A DNA stretch of 64,000 bases. It comes from Proteromonas lacertae. Lineage: Eukaryota. Within the stretch, counting starts at the first letter, position 1; each line of letters starts with the position of its first letter. Under the pieces are notes generated by a model. The model was not told the DNA's origin. It was given only the letters and a program-made list of their open reading frames with translations, and made no database searches. A program made the position numbers and the translations under genes. Shown one piece after another: positions 26,080 through 40,102 of this stretch. The stretch spans positions 434,001 to 498,000 of the forward strand of contig NGBS01001161.1 in the NCBI GenBank assembly GCA_002245135.1. The letters are read 5' to 3'.

Positions 26080-29000
26080 ATGTCTTCATCCACAAAAAAT
26101 CAAATTGACATTCTAGGTATATCATCACAAATAATATGAATGATTAGCGCCTTTCGATCCTAAAAGTTTCGTTACATCAGTTAAATCTCTAATTTATAAG
26201 TATAATCATTTTGCAGATATTACTCAAAAGTATGATACATGTGCTACAACATATGATGTATATAATTTTATTCTATCTTTTTTCTAAATAGTTAATTAAT
26301 GCTGTTTTGAATACAGTGAAAGAGGGTAAATATCTTGAAGCACTGTGCGAAAATAGACTTATTCTTCCCATACTTCAGCTATTCAAAAAGTCTGAAGATA
26401 AATCATTATCTCTTCTTTGTTTAGAAATAGTATGCAAACTCAGTGAACAGTATAAATTTACATCTAATGAATATAGTGTCAATGTAATTAAAGTGATATT
26501 GGATAACAATTTGTTAAGATCTATCTTTTCTCATATAAATGATGAACAATTATCAAAAGATGTAAAGTTTTGTCTGAATAATATTCTCTCAGTTTTACCT
26601 TATCCAATAAGACCTTTATCAATATCAGAAATATATTTATTCTTGCAATTATCAGATATACAACTCCTTTTAAAGGCATATCAAGTATAATGAACTATAT
26701 TAAATATAATAAATAGTATATCATTGATAGATTAGAAGCATTTATTATTTCACCAGGATTATTATATCAATTACCAATATTTCAAGGATATTTTCTAGTG
26801 AATAAAACAAATAATTTGTTTGATGAAAATATAAAAGATAGTTATTGTGATATTATTGGAACATACTTTTATATTTATGATGTATAATATATTTATCATT
26901 TATATTTTTATATTATAGTATTCAATATCAACGTTTAAACCAATATATAAGCTGAAACTACAAGGCTGTAAGATAGTTATTAACAAAAATACAATTCAAA
27001 TAATCATACCAAATGGTGAAATGATATATTTAACCTCAAAAGATAGTGATAATGTATTAATGTGGAACAATATAATTCCTCTCACTTCAATAACTGAAAA
27101 AGAAACTCTTTTTGATTTATTTTATCAGAATTATTATTATGATAATATAAATATAAAGAATACAGGAGTATATATATATATATATTATATTATATTAATA
27201 GATATTTCAACCATTATCATTAAATGGCTTTGTTACTAAAGAATTTTTGGATTATATTTTATCACATATGAAATTTAATGATGTGCAATTATTAGATTGT
27301 ATTTTCAATACACTGATGTTGGTCAAAACGAATAATTTAATAAAAGAATCAGAAGTAGTATATATGTAAGCATATTGTTTTAATAGTACGTTTATTGTCT
27401 TGATAATTTTGATTCATTATATAAGATAATACCTCACAGCTTTATTATCATTTCTTTCAATAATTGTGAATTACAAAACTGATAAAAATAATAAAGATCC
27501 AGTAGATAAGTTGGTTGAAAAAATTCCTATTGAAAAATGGCAAGTGATGATTACTGTTTATACAACTATTGAAATTGTCTTGCCATATATGACTATAATG
27601 TATATTTATCTATTTATAATAATAATTATTATTAGAACATCAATTATTCATTATCATCCAGAATATAGTTCTTCTATTATTCAAAATTCAAAGTTAATAC
27701 ACTCTGTATGAATAATATATTTCTCTTATATTTAAATAGATTATATTACCGCTTATATCAAAATATCCAAAGTTATTGCTATCATATTCATATTACTTAG
27801 AAACTCTATTAGTTAGCAAAGAATCAGATGAGTTATGTGATTCTATACTCAGTGATATATTATCAATAACAGGGTTGACAGATTCATTTATGAATCTATG
27901 TTTAAGTATATATATAAATGTATATAAATGTATAGATATTATATGTAATAAACCAAATATAATGAATTACTTAACATTATCAACTCAACTAATGTTATTA
28001 TCACACTGTAATTCCTCTTTATTATTATCGAATAATATTCTAATGCATTTACTATATGATGTTGATATAATCAATATAAATGATAATAACATTATATCAT
28101 TACTATTGAAGAATGTATTTGATTATTTCAATATATTGATACATAAATATAACTTCATTAATGTTACATTAGATAAAATGAATAAAGGAAATGAATTTTT
28201 AACAATGTCAAGTGTTTCTTTAAGACCAACAAATATAAAATTAGAATATCAAATATATCTCTCAGCATATCAGTTAATATCACAAATTATTACTAATTTT
28301 GATAATTCAATTTATATTCAATATATTACTGATAGTGTAATGTTATTATTTATTCAAAATGGTTATTATGACTTGTTAAATAGAATACTAGGTAATAATG
28401 ATAATGAAAATGTGATAGTTGATTTAACTGGTGTATTTAAATTAGATTCAAAAATATTTAGAGAATTATTTGATATAATAAAAGGAAATAAGAATAATAA
28501 ACAATTACTTCATATTATATTCAAAATACTATCAAATTTAGCGAAAGAATCAAGTTATTCAATTTTGTTTGGTAGATTAGGATTGATAGAGTTGTTATTT
28601 TCATTCTATTTACTACCAGAATGTGAAGCTATAATAAAAATTGAGTTAGCTGATGTATTATGCGAATTGTTTCTATTACCACAGAATAGATTAATTGCAA
28701 GCAGTAATCTGTCATTAGAAATAGTGGAATATGTTCGATTGTTAGATACAAATAATCAGGAAGTGGTAAAATCAGTATTAAAGATAGCAAATAGTTTATC
28801 TTTGGATTCTGATGGATTTCAAGTACTTGTTCATTACAAAACATTCATTTATGGACTAATTCAATATACATATCATAGCAATGAAGAATTAAGGTTGATA
28901 TCCACAGAAATAATTAATAGATGGATAACTTCATCTTCTATATTGAAGTATATTGATATTAGTCTGTTATTTTACTTATTACAGTGTGATTTATCTTCAT

Positions 29001-32000
29001 TATGCAAACACATATTATATGTTATTTATAAGAAATTGGATTTTATGATTTTACCATTAGCCAATAGAATTATAGATCCGTTACATATTGGATATTTGTA
29101 TTATAAGAATTGCAGTGGTAGTTGTGATAATAGTAAATATAATTTATCTTCAAAGTTAAAATCTCCTAAATCATCATCTTACAAATTGCGTTGGTGTATT
29201 TTAACTCCAACATCACTCTACATATGTAAATTGAAACGTAAACAATCTAATTCATCTCCTTGCTTCTATGTTTATAAAGATATAAAATATCATTATTATA
29301 ATGTACAAATGAATAAAGATGATGAACATCATTTTGTAGTTGAATTCATAAATAGAACGGAGCATTATCTAATCTATGATCAATCCAATCGTATTACAAA
29401 GAATTGGAGTATGATTGTTAAACAGTTAAGCAATCCTGTGAAAATAGATAATATTAATGTGATTTATCCACCTGAATGTATTAGTAGAATATACGAATAT
29501 TCAGAAGTAACTTCAACAATCTTATTATCTTCACCAATTGAAGTTTATAAGAATCAATCAAAAGTAAATAAAGGAATAGAGAATTATATATCAAATATTC
29601 ATTTGATAATTTCATTGTTACAATCAAAGAATTTGAATATTTTGTTATATTTATACAGAATATTATACTTATTGTCGTTACATAGTGGAATATTGGATAG
29701 TTATTCTACAATACTTGCAAATACAATAATAATATTATTACAGTATGATGAACAGACTGAATATTTTCTTGAAAATGATGATGATTTGGATTTTTATGAT
29801 GATAGTATTATATATATATATTTATATATTTATATTCATTAATAGATTTACTTATAAGATGTCCTTATTGTTACTCATTCAATTCCACTTCAAATACAAA
29901 ATGTTATTATTGTCAAACAGATTTAAATGATTTAGATACATTCAATTACAGTAACAAAAGCATATTATCAGATGATTCAAATTACATTGTTCCACCATCT
30001 AAGACAGTTCAGCAAGATGAAGATTCATTATGGACATTTATACATAAAACAATCAAATCAGAATGTAGTACAGCTGAAGAAGTAGAAAAAGAAGGAATTG
30101 TATTAACAAAAAGTATAATGAGAAGATGCTCTTCAGTTACAGGTGATAATATTGATTCAATTACTCAACAATCATTGCAATCTCAACAACAAGAACAACA
30201 ACCACAATTAATATCATCAGCTGATAAAGATAAAAACAGAAAAAAGAGACACTTTGAAATGAAGTCCTTACCATCTCCTTTAATAGAAACTACATCAACT
30301 AAACAAGCAGTAAAACCAACAGTTAAACCTACAACATCACCAACATTTATATCTTCACCAAATTCAAAAGAGATTTATCAGTCTAATAATAACATATTCA
30401 ATGAAGATAACTTTTTAAAGACATTGAGAGAATCATTCACTAGATCAAATTCTAGTATATTGGATGATGATTACTTTAGCGATAGTTTGAATTCAACAGA
30501 TAGTTTTAGTGATCTAAATGCAAGTAAATATGTGGTAGAAAATGAAATGTTAAATATGACATTACCAAGAATCAACTTAAAAGAAAAGCCAAAAATATAT
30601 TTACAATTCTTAAGAAATGTTCAATTATTAGGTTGTGAAATATTAACTAACATGTTATTAGATCATAACAGCAATAATAAGACTATAACATCACCATTAA
30701 TACCAGATATATATGATGAAGTGTTAATAACAAAATTGTTGAAATTTACTCGTTCAAAAATACCAATGTATAAAATATCAAGTTACAAAGCATTGAATCA
30801 ATTATTTGGCATATCAAAACAGTATGGAAATACAATTATAAGTATATTATGCAAACATTCAATTGCAAAACACATCTATGAAGATTTTAACTCTAATTTC
30901 CAATCATCAGTAATGAAATTGTTGTTATATAATCAGTTGTTACAGTTTTTATTGAATATATCAAATTATCATAATGAACAGTTAATGAAATCTATATATG
31001 ATTTAACAGATCTATTTACAAAAATAATCACCTTATGGAAGAAATCAGATAATGAAATATATCCGTTATGTCAACAATTTCTAGAATGTTATTTTGGTTC
31101 TGGTGTTGATATATATAAAATGAATACTGAGATTATTTTACCTCTATTAACATCAAGATCGTTTTCAGTTATTTCAACGTGTATAAAACATTGTTCTTAT
31201 GTGGTTAATACAAAGAATAATTTAGATTCAATAACACCAATGGTAAATTCACTATTAGATAAGATATTGAAGGAATTTCCAACAATATTATCAATATTGC
31301 GAAATACAGTAATAAATAAAGCGTATAGCAATCAGAATATGAATGAATTTATTTCGTTAACACTTTCAATTATTTGGGGATTAATTCAATACAATCAAAC
31401 CTTAACAAATATCAATAGCAATAATGGTGGGGATGATATATTTGACGTTTATAATACAATTAGTAATAATTATAGTAATTACAATCAATTGAATGATGAT
31501 CAACTTAGTAATTGTTTTATACTTTTAGTTGATATATTATTCAAAGATGATGTTATAATGGATGATGCTAATAAATATACTGTGTTGGAGATAATTGATG
31601 AATTGATAAAGAAAACAAAGGTTATGAAATCGTTATATCCTATCGAGTCATACTCTGGTGAAAATGATAAATATGAGAATCATATAAATGATATTATTCT
31701 CTATAATTTGTTTGCTATTAATACTGAAAGATATTCTTTAGATAATCAAATATTATATTATCAAATTGTATTGGAATTAATCAAAATGAGTAAGTTTGTT
31801 ATGGGTTATTTCATCAAAAACAGTCTATGTTTTAGATTCAAAGGTATAATAAATATATTTGTTTTTCTTATCATATGTTAGATTTATTAAAAGATTCAAC
31901 AGATTCGAAGTTATTAAATATTCTTCTTAAGATTTATTTCAATATCTTCAAATCAGATTCATGTGAGAATATAATATCAAACTCTGAGAATTTATTACTA

Positions 32001-33209
32001 TCAATGTCAATAATGATGTCTTCAGAATCAATTAGATCTAACAAGTTGATTTTGTTGTTATGTTTTTATGCATTATTCAATAGAAATGGAAGATCAAATG
32101 GTATTTATAAAGCATTGTATTCAATACTGAAAAGGAATAAAGATTTCTTAAATATTATGTTGAAAGATGATAAGAATCAGTTATGTACAATTATTACATG
32201 TATTTATTGTTATTGTTATTATATTCTATGATATTAATATTAGATTGTGCTGTAAGAAAAATGACAAATTATTTAACACCAGAAAATCCATTTATCACCT
32301 TCTTATCATCAAATTCAGTCATTTTACAGTTGTTAAATTCAAAATATCCATTCTATGTAAGTTACGGATTAGATGTATATTTGAATGCTTATTCTATTGT
32401 CAATAGATAATATATCATCATTTTATGTATGGATTACTGCCATCTCATGAATCAATAACTAATGTCACATATAAAGGAATGCTAGAAAAGAAATTAGTAA
32501 CAGAAAGATCATACAAAAAGAGATATTTCATATTAGTTGATAATTTCTTATATGAATATAAAACTGAGAAAGAGAATGAAATACCAATTGTTAGATATAA
32601 TTTATATGGTTGTACTATTACGACAGATATTTCAAAAGGTAAAAATGGTGAATTCACTATATTATTCCCAGACAAAAATGATAATATTATGTTGAGAATC
32701 AAAGAAGTTGAAGAAATGGATTATTGGATTGCTCATTTATTTAGAGGTGCTACAATACCAGATAGTCATGTATATACATATATATAAGCATATATATTAT
32801 TGTGTAGTATTTAAATTATATGACTGACTTTCCATCTGAAGATTTTGAAACTTTGAAAATCAAAGATTCATTGTTTGTTAATAATGGATATGAATATTAT
32901 TTCAATTGGTCATTATTTTCTGGCCAACCTCTTCTATTCAAAGTATTTCTATTCTATTTTTCTTATGAATAGATAAAGGAACTAGAGTCATCTAGAAAAA
33001 TAGGAATACTTCGTAGGATAATTAGATTGGAAGAATTGTTAATGCGTTATGCTTCAACTTCGAAGAATCCTTTACTCACAAAATTCAAATTCCCATTGTT
33101 TGATGAATCTTTAAAAAGATTACAAGATATATCCGCCACAGCTATACGAAATCAGTATAAACTGCACTTGCTGAAAAAGAAAACTCTAGATAACGATTTC
33201 TTTTATTAG
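26080..33209 (+). CDS. Very large ARM/HEAT-like solenoid protein with three PH-like domains and a C4 zinc ribbon (multi-exon)
   Basis: PH-like: GYFLVNK...IYLTSKDSDNVLMW; GYLYYK...KLRWCILTPTSLY; KGMLEKK...SYKKRYFILVDNFLYEYK...EEMDYWIAHL; RCPYCYSFN...KCYYCQ near 29860-29920; exons join across short introns. Confidence 0.62.
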
Positions 33210-33472
33210 ATGAATCACATATAATTTTATAAAAATATTTTGTTCACTGTTTTCGTTTTTACAGCGATATACTCAGAAAAATAATATTTCTTCACAATAA
33301 CTGTTTATTTATTCCACACTTAGCTGTATCTGAGTTTTAAGTGATGATCAATCTAAACACAACCTTTTTCGGTGTATTAACGAATTTCATAATATGAAAC
33401 GGATCTAATTTTTGGATCAAATAATCGAACTGAATTATACATAGCAGGTATAAAGAAAGAGATAACACCACC

Positions 33473-36400
33473 ATGGCTGATGCATTCGATCCGTCTATGT
33501 TTAATATGATGAATAGTTTTCTGAGTTTAGATATGATAACATCTTTATCTAGCCCAGATCCTGAAGAACAAATCGTATATCAAAAAATTAATTTTATTAG
33601 GCTTCTTTAAGTCAAATAAACTCTATATTAGTTGTTATGCCTGAAGACTCAGGGAGTGGAATATCAATGGTAGTTGGTAAGTGTTTACCCCAAATTGTCA
33701 AGTATTTACAAGCTAATTATTTTTTTTAGATTATATGCAACTTCAAATGAACCAAATGTGTTGTTATACACATCAAGAATAATAAATATCGTTGTTTCCA
33801 GTAACTGTCAGTTGATAAACAAACTATTTGACTTAGACATAATGGGAGCAGCAATATCACGACTTACCAGTGTAGATTTCATAGATGTCACAGAATTAAC
33901 CTTAGGTATAGTAAGAGGCTTAGCAAAATTCAGTCCAACCAGTACCTTTCAATCAATGATCATCCCTGCAATACTTCAATTCATGGATTTCTTCGCAATC
34001 GAAACACAAAGAACAGCATTAGAAGCCTGTAGTTATTTATCAACAGTAATCAACAGCGATAATGTTTCCAATATAATTCCAGCAATTCCGTTATTTATTA
34101 ACTTACTTTCATACAGTGATGTTGAGATTGTCAAAATAAGTTGTAGTTGTATGAATAACTTCATCAAAGGAGTAGGTCACAATGAAGAATTTATTAATAT
34201 AATCGCAGGGAGTGATTTAATAGAAAGAATCTTCTTATTATTAACCAATAATCAATCAGGAATTACTGTAACTGAAGATGTAATAATAATATGTTATCAA
34301 ATTCTCTATAATCTCTGTAATACATCAAAATTATTTGTTGCTCCAATATTATTATCGAATATTACAGAAGCAATCAAAGTAGCAATCTCCATGAAGGCTA
34401 GTAATGATGATGTTACATTAATATCTCCTCAAGATATACAATCAACCATTATTCAATCTATCATATCATTGGTTCATGTTTTATTACCAAATATTAATAA
34501 ATCTCATTGGGATATTATATTGAAACTAATTGAAGCAGTACCATCAAGTAAAACAACTCAAAGTAAAAGTAAATCAAAGAAAAGAAAATGTTCAATAATC
34601 TCTGATGAAACTATCAAATCAATAACTGAAACGGTAAAATCAGTTAGTAAATGTAGTTCAAAATCAATTGATGAGATATATGAATCAGATAAAACATTGT
34701 GTTCACGACTATTTTCATCTTTATTACCATTATATAATCATATATTATCACTCTCAAATTCAGTTGATTATAATGTATTGGTATTAGTTTATACTACTGT
34801 TGCTCAATTACTATTGACTAATAAAGACACTTCGAATATTCTTCCTAATGATATATCTACTTTTATATCATTAGCGTTTAATACAAAGATTAAAATATTT
34901 TCATTTATTTATGTTTCTGTATTATCTCATTGTCTTGAGATGTATGGTAGTAGTATATTAGATTCAATTGTAAGAATGGGAATAATAGATTCATTAAGAG
35001 CAATGGAAAAGATGTCTAATAAATATAAGAAAGTAAATATAAGATCAGATCTTGTCTTACCTGAAGGAATCGCAGTTGAAAAGTTAATAGAATCATCAAC
35101 AACCATATTATTGTCAGATATTAATAATTTGTTAATTACTAACTCTTTTGAAAAAGATGAAAAAGGCAATTGGACTTCAACATCTATGAAAATATTATTA
35201 TCATTGATACAAAGCTTTAATGATTGTATAGATAATGATATGAACAGAGAAACTAATGAAAAAGTGATAAAAGAACTCTCAGATAAGTGTGAAGAGAATA
35301 TGAGAGCATTTGTAAAGATATTCAAATCAGGTTTGTCTATTTCACCTTATGAAATAAAGAAATCTAATTTGTTGTTTTATATATTGAAATATTTAACAGA
35401 ATTACCACCTCCATCATCTCCAAGTGATGATAGAATAATAGAAAAAGATTATGAAAGAAGAAGAAATAGAATAGATTCATTTGTTAAGATAATAATGAAT
35501 GGTGATGATTTAAATGCATTTGCTACAATAATTAGTGGTATCCATCACATTATATCCACTCACTGTGATTTCCAGAAGGATTTACCGAAGACAATGAGTG
35601 AGAATGAAATATTACATTTAGTTAATACGAAAATGCAAATACAATTCTTTAGTAATGATGAATCTATTAATTCATTACCACAGATGAAATCATTATCTCG
35701 TAGTCCATTAGGAATTGATGCATTCTTACCAATATCTACAGCTGAAAGTTATGTATTAGATCGATTACAACAATCTAATAATAGTAATGCAAATAGTCCA
35801 TATGAAATACATAATAATAATAGTAGTAATTATACATGTGATGAATGTGGATGTGATATAGATATAGATGGTGGTGGTATAAGATATCATTGTAATGAAT
35901 GTGATAATTATGATTTATGTCAACATTGTTATGTTAGAAAAGATAGTATTCATGATGATGATCATGATTTTACAAAAATTGAAAAAGAGAAAATAAAGAA
36001 GTTTTCACCTCTTACTCGACATTTACCATTTAAAGATAAGAAATTGGTATTACAGAATATTAAATTAAAGATTCATGATGTTGAAGCTAATCCTGATCAA
36101 CTATTCATCGATAGTGCAATGAAAATGGATTGGAGAGAACCTAATGAGGTTTGGAATTCTATTCATACAGCTGAAATAATACCAATATATGATAAACCAA
36201 GAATAGAAAAGAAACCAATTATTCAATTGTTTAAAACACAATTTACTGAAGAAGAATTGACCATTAAACCTGAAAAAATTGTTTTTACACCAACTAATCC
36301 GTTAGATAGTGAATTAAAGAATGTGATTTATCCTCCGCCTTATAATTGGACAGAATCAATGAAAACTGCATTATCATTACTCAAAACAATTGTTACTATC

Positions 36401-37172
36401 AATCATCACTTGGATGTTTATCATACAATAACATTTAAAGATGACTGTACGTATTATAGGATATCTATACAGACAATTAATGAGAAAATCGTTTCAATAT
36501 TCCAACAACAGATTAGAGATCCAATTGTTATATTTAAAAGACCAGCGATTTGGTGTGAATTTATGATTGATAATTTCCCATTTTTATTAACTATAGAAAT
36601 GAAGAAATTATATTGTGACATTGTCGCATTGGATACTAAACGTTCAATGTTATCAATTTTACAGACATACAATCAATTCCAAAACAAACAGAACTTACCA
36701 TTCAATATAACAACAATGCTATTAACAGTATCTAGATCTAAAGCTATATTAACTGCAATGGAATTATTTAAATTACATTTACATAATAAATTCGAATTTA
36801 GATTCTCTGGTGAAGAAGGTACAGGTGATGGTCCAACTTCTGAGTTCTATTCCATTATCTCTAAGGAAATACAATCAAAAGAATTAGGCTTATGGCATGA
36901 TTTATCAATAACACCAACAGGAGATGAATTACCATTATGGAAACAACAATTATCAAGTATATTCAACCCATTAACACCTTCTAAATATCATCGTTGTTCT
37001 GCATTTATATGTAACAAGTGTTCTTATGTTTATATTCCTTGCTGTTTGAAACATAGACAGTTGTATATTGATATTAGAGATGAACATGGTAAAAGTATAT
37101 ATATATATATATATATTATTATTATTATTATTATTATTTTTTATTTTATTATTATTTTATTTTTTATTATTA

Positions 37173-37215
<43 letters not shown>

Positions 37216-38659
37216 TAGTGTGTTGTGGATGTTGTGAATGTTATAAAGAGTATGATTGGAGAAATTTGAAGTGTCAAAACTGTAATAAAGCCAATACTTA
37301 TGAATTAAACTGGTGGATCTTAACAGATGATGAAATTGACTACTTATTAAATTCTTATAAAGAGAATAAGAACCTTCAAACTGCTGTATTATTCTGCAAA
37401 GACTGTTTATGTGTTGGATTTCCAGGTGTTGAGAATGCACTTATTAAGATATGAAAATGGAAAGTTACTCAATCCAAAAGGTAAAGAAATGTCAGAAACT
37501 TCCTATCGACAAGGATTTCAACATATAAGTACAACCTGTGAAAACCAACCATTAGAAGTAATAAAAGCATTATTATCACCAGAATTAAGAAAAACAATCA
37601 AAGAATGTGGTAAATCAACTCTCTCCAATTGTTCATTTGTTGGTGATTTTACATTAAGTGTGTTAGATAAAGGACCTGAATATTTCACAACTACAGAAAG
37701 AGGATTATATCTTCGTCCTTATGAAAAGAATACAATTACAACATATTCACAGAATTTATGTAATTTTATTGGCAGAATGATGAGTATATCTTATAGAGAT
37801 CAAAGAATGATTAATTTGCCATTGTCTAATACATTTTATAAATTGTTATTCAAAGGATTACCAAGTAAAATGTCTTATATTGAAGGTATTTATGATATTA
37901 TGGCATTTGATTCAACTGCTGGTACTACATTATTGAAATTATATAAATTCTATGAAGAAATTATGAAGATAAAGAATGATTTGTCAATATCAATGGATAA
38001 GAAATTAGGATTAATTGAACAAATGAAATTTGATGGAGTGAAGTTAGAAGATTTAGCAATTGATTTTACACTTCCTGGTTATCCAAATATAGAATTAATC
38101 CCAGACGGAAAGAATGTAATCTTATCGAATAATAATATTGAAATATACATCCAATCATATTTGAATTATTGGTTAGTCGATGGTGTTGCTTTATGGTTTC
38201 ATCATATTAAGAAAGGATTTTCAAACTTCTTAGATATTTTGACATTTAAACAATTCCCAATTGAAGATATTCATTATTTCTTCCATGGTGAACCGTTATT
38301 ATGGACTGTAAAAGAATTAACTACTGCTATTAAATGTGATCATGGTTATACGAGTGATAGTCCAGTAATTGGAATGTTAATTGAATGTTTGGTTGAATTT
38401 ACCCCTGAACAACAAAGAAAGTTCTTACAATTCAGTACTGGATCACCTTTATTACCTATTGGTGGTTTGATTAATCTCAAACCACAATTTACTGTTGTGA
38501 AAAGAGTTGCTGAGAATTGTAATGCTAATGAAACACTTCCAACAGCTTCTGTTTGCTTTTAACTATTTGAAATTGCCAGAGTATAGTTCAAAAGAAATAT
38601 TGAAAGAAAAACTGTTATTGGCGATTAGTGAAGGTGGTACAGTTTTTACTTATTCATAA
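33473..38659 (+). CDS. HECT E3 ubiquitin ligase, TRIP12/Ufd4/UPL3-like, with ARM repeats and ZZ zinc finger
   Basis: ILQFMDFFAIETQRTAL (TRIP12-type ARM); ZZ finger CDEC...RYHCNECDNYDLCQHCY; HECT FSGEEGTGDGPTSEFY, DFTLPGYPNIELIPDG, FLQFSTGSPLLPIGG, TASVCF(N)YLKLPEY; +1 indels at about 37446 and 38557. Confidence 0.9.
37095..37218 (+). repeat. 124-nt intron expanded by (TA)n/(TAT)n microsatellite
   Basis: GT 37095, AG 37217-37218; splicing restores GK-MCCGCCEC. Confidence 0.8.
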
Positions 38660-38781
38660 GATCACATTTCATATAATTCTTTTTAAATATACACATTTTT
38701 GTGTGTTTAGACTCATATTAATCAAAATCAAAATAATACATATTATTTGTGTATTTATAACCGTTTCGATTCGTTTTTTTT

Positions 38782-39347
38782 ATGGCTGAAGCTACTAGCC
38801 AAGAAGATATTGAGAGATACATGAAGGCTTTTTCTCAGTTTGATCCAGGAGGAAAAGGGAAGTATAGACATTTGGGAACTTAAAAATGCGTTGACAGGTA
38901 TTATTTGTAATTTCTAGTGTTCAGCCGTCGGTGAAAGTATTACTGAAGAAGAATTCTTCCAAGTATTAGGATCATTAGATGAAACTAGCGACTGTTTGAG
39001 TATTCTTCTTATTTCTAATTTCTTCTAAAAGCCTTTGGTGAATTTATGGATTGTATTAAGAATTTAAAGAGAAGAAGAGTTGAAAACACTAATGAATTTG
39101 ATGTGAGTATGTTTTATTCTCATTATTCATTTTTTTATGTAATATAGTTGATGCTTTTATCGCATGTGGAGGAAACCCAGATAAAACTGGGTCTGCAAAT
39201 AGAGAGATGCTAAAAAAAGTGATTGTGAACGATTTTGGAATGACTTTTGATGTTGATGCTTTGTTTGACAGTATTGAAACAACTGATGAAGATGGAAATA
39301 TTCAATACGATTCATTCAAGATGATAATGAATCCAAATTTATCGTAA
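38782..39347 (+). CDS. EF-hand protein resembling outer-arm dynein 18-kDa Ca-binding light chain (LC4); one +1 indel at about 38857
   Basis: AFSQFDPGGKGSIDIWELKNAL; DAFIACGGNPDKTG...FGMTFDVDALF...DEDGNIQYDSF resembles LC4-type proteins. Confidence 0.7.
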
Positions 39348-39495
39348 ATAAGTGTGAAATGTTTTGTTCTTTTACTTAAGTGTTAAATCTATATACATAT
39401 TACATATTTTTATTATTTTTTATGGGTTATTAATAACAATAACACACACCCAAAATACAAATTCAAAAGTGTCCATCTTAGCCAGTTTACTACAT

Positions 39496-39838
39496 TTATG
39501 CTTTAAGTTCTTTTCTTGTAAGACCTAAATGATTAAAAATATCTCAATATACCTGGTGGAAGGGATTGTAAAATCTTTGAAGGCTTTTTCAGATTCTTTA
39601 ATACATAATGTGTATAAATACTATTAAATGTAATAGAAATTAGTAATACTCTTGAACATCTTATCTTGAATTTAGTCATTTTGTCCATCTTCTTTATTCT
39701 CACTTCTAATAATATAGAGAGTAACGATAAATACCATGAGCATCAGGACGACGGGCTAAGTCAAGAAAAACTTTAATATCTTTAACTTGTTTTGGCTATA
39801 AGCATATTATATTGATTATAAGGTGTTATATATACCAT
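39496..39838 (-). CDS. RPL38: 60S ribosomal protein L38 (eL38); one +1 indel at about 39580
   Basis: M-PKQVKDIKVFLDLARRPDA...KFKIRCSRYLYTL...ILQSLPPGL; several short introns; not in ORF track. Confidence 0.92.
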
Positions 39839-40102
39839 AATATGGACTTGAATGAAAAATGATGCTTTCAATTCAATTTTAATACTAAATTTCTATTTAA
39901 AATTCCCAATTATTTTTACCCCCTTAGCTATATTTATTTTTCTTTTATCTCTTTATATAAATAGAATGATGTTTTAAAATAGTTATTTTATGAATGATGT
40001 TGATATGAATAATTGTTTTGATCATTTTTTTATCATTTCATTCCCAAATTAAAAATTCATATAAACAAGTATATGTATAAATAGTTTATTATTATATTAT
40101 AA

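Noticed and set aside
37440..39600. Euplotes-like +1 ribosomal frameshifting at stop codons (TTT TAA at 38557, ATA TGA at 37449)
   Set aside because: In RPL38 and the LC4-like gene the shift must occur well before the next stop to keep conserved motifs (SLPPGL, SIDIWEL), so a stop-triggered mechanism does not explain the set; homopolymer error does
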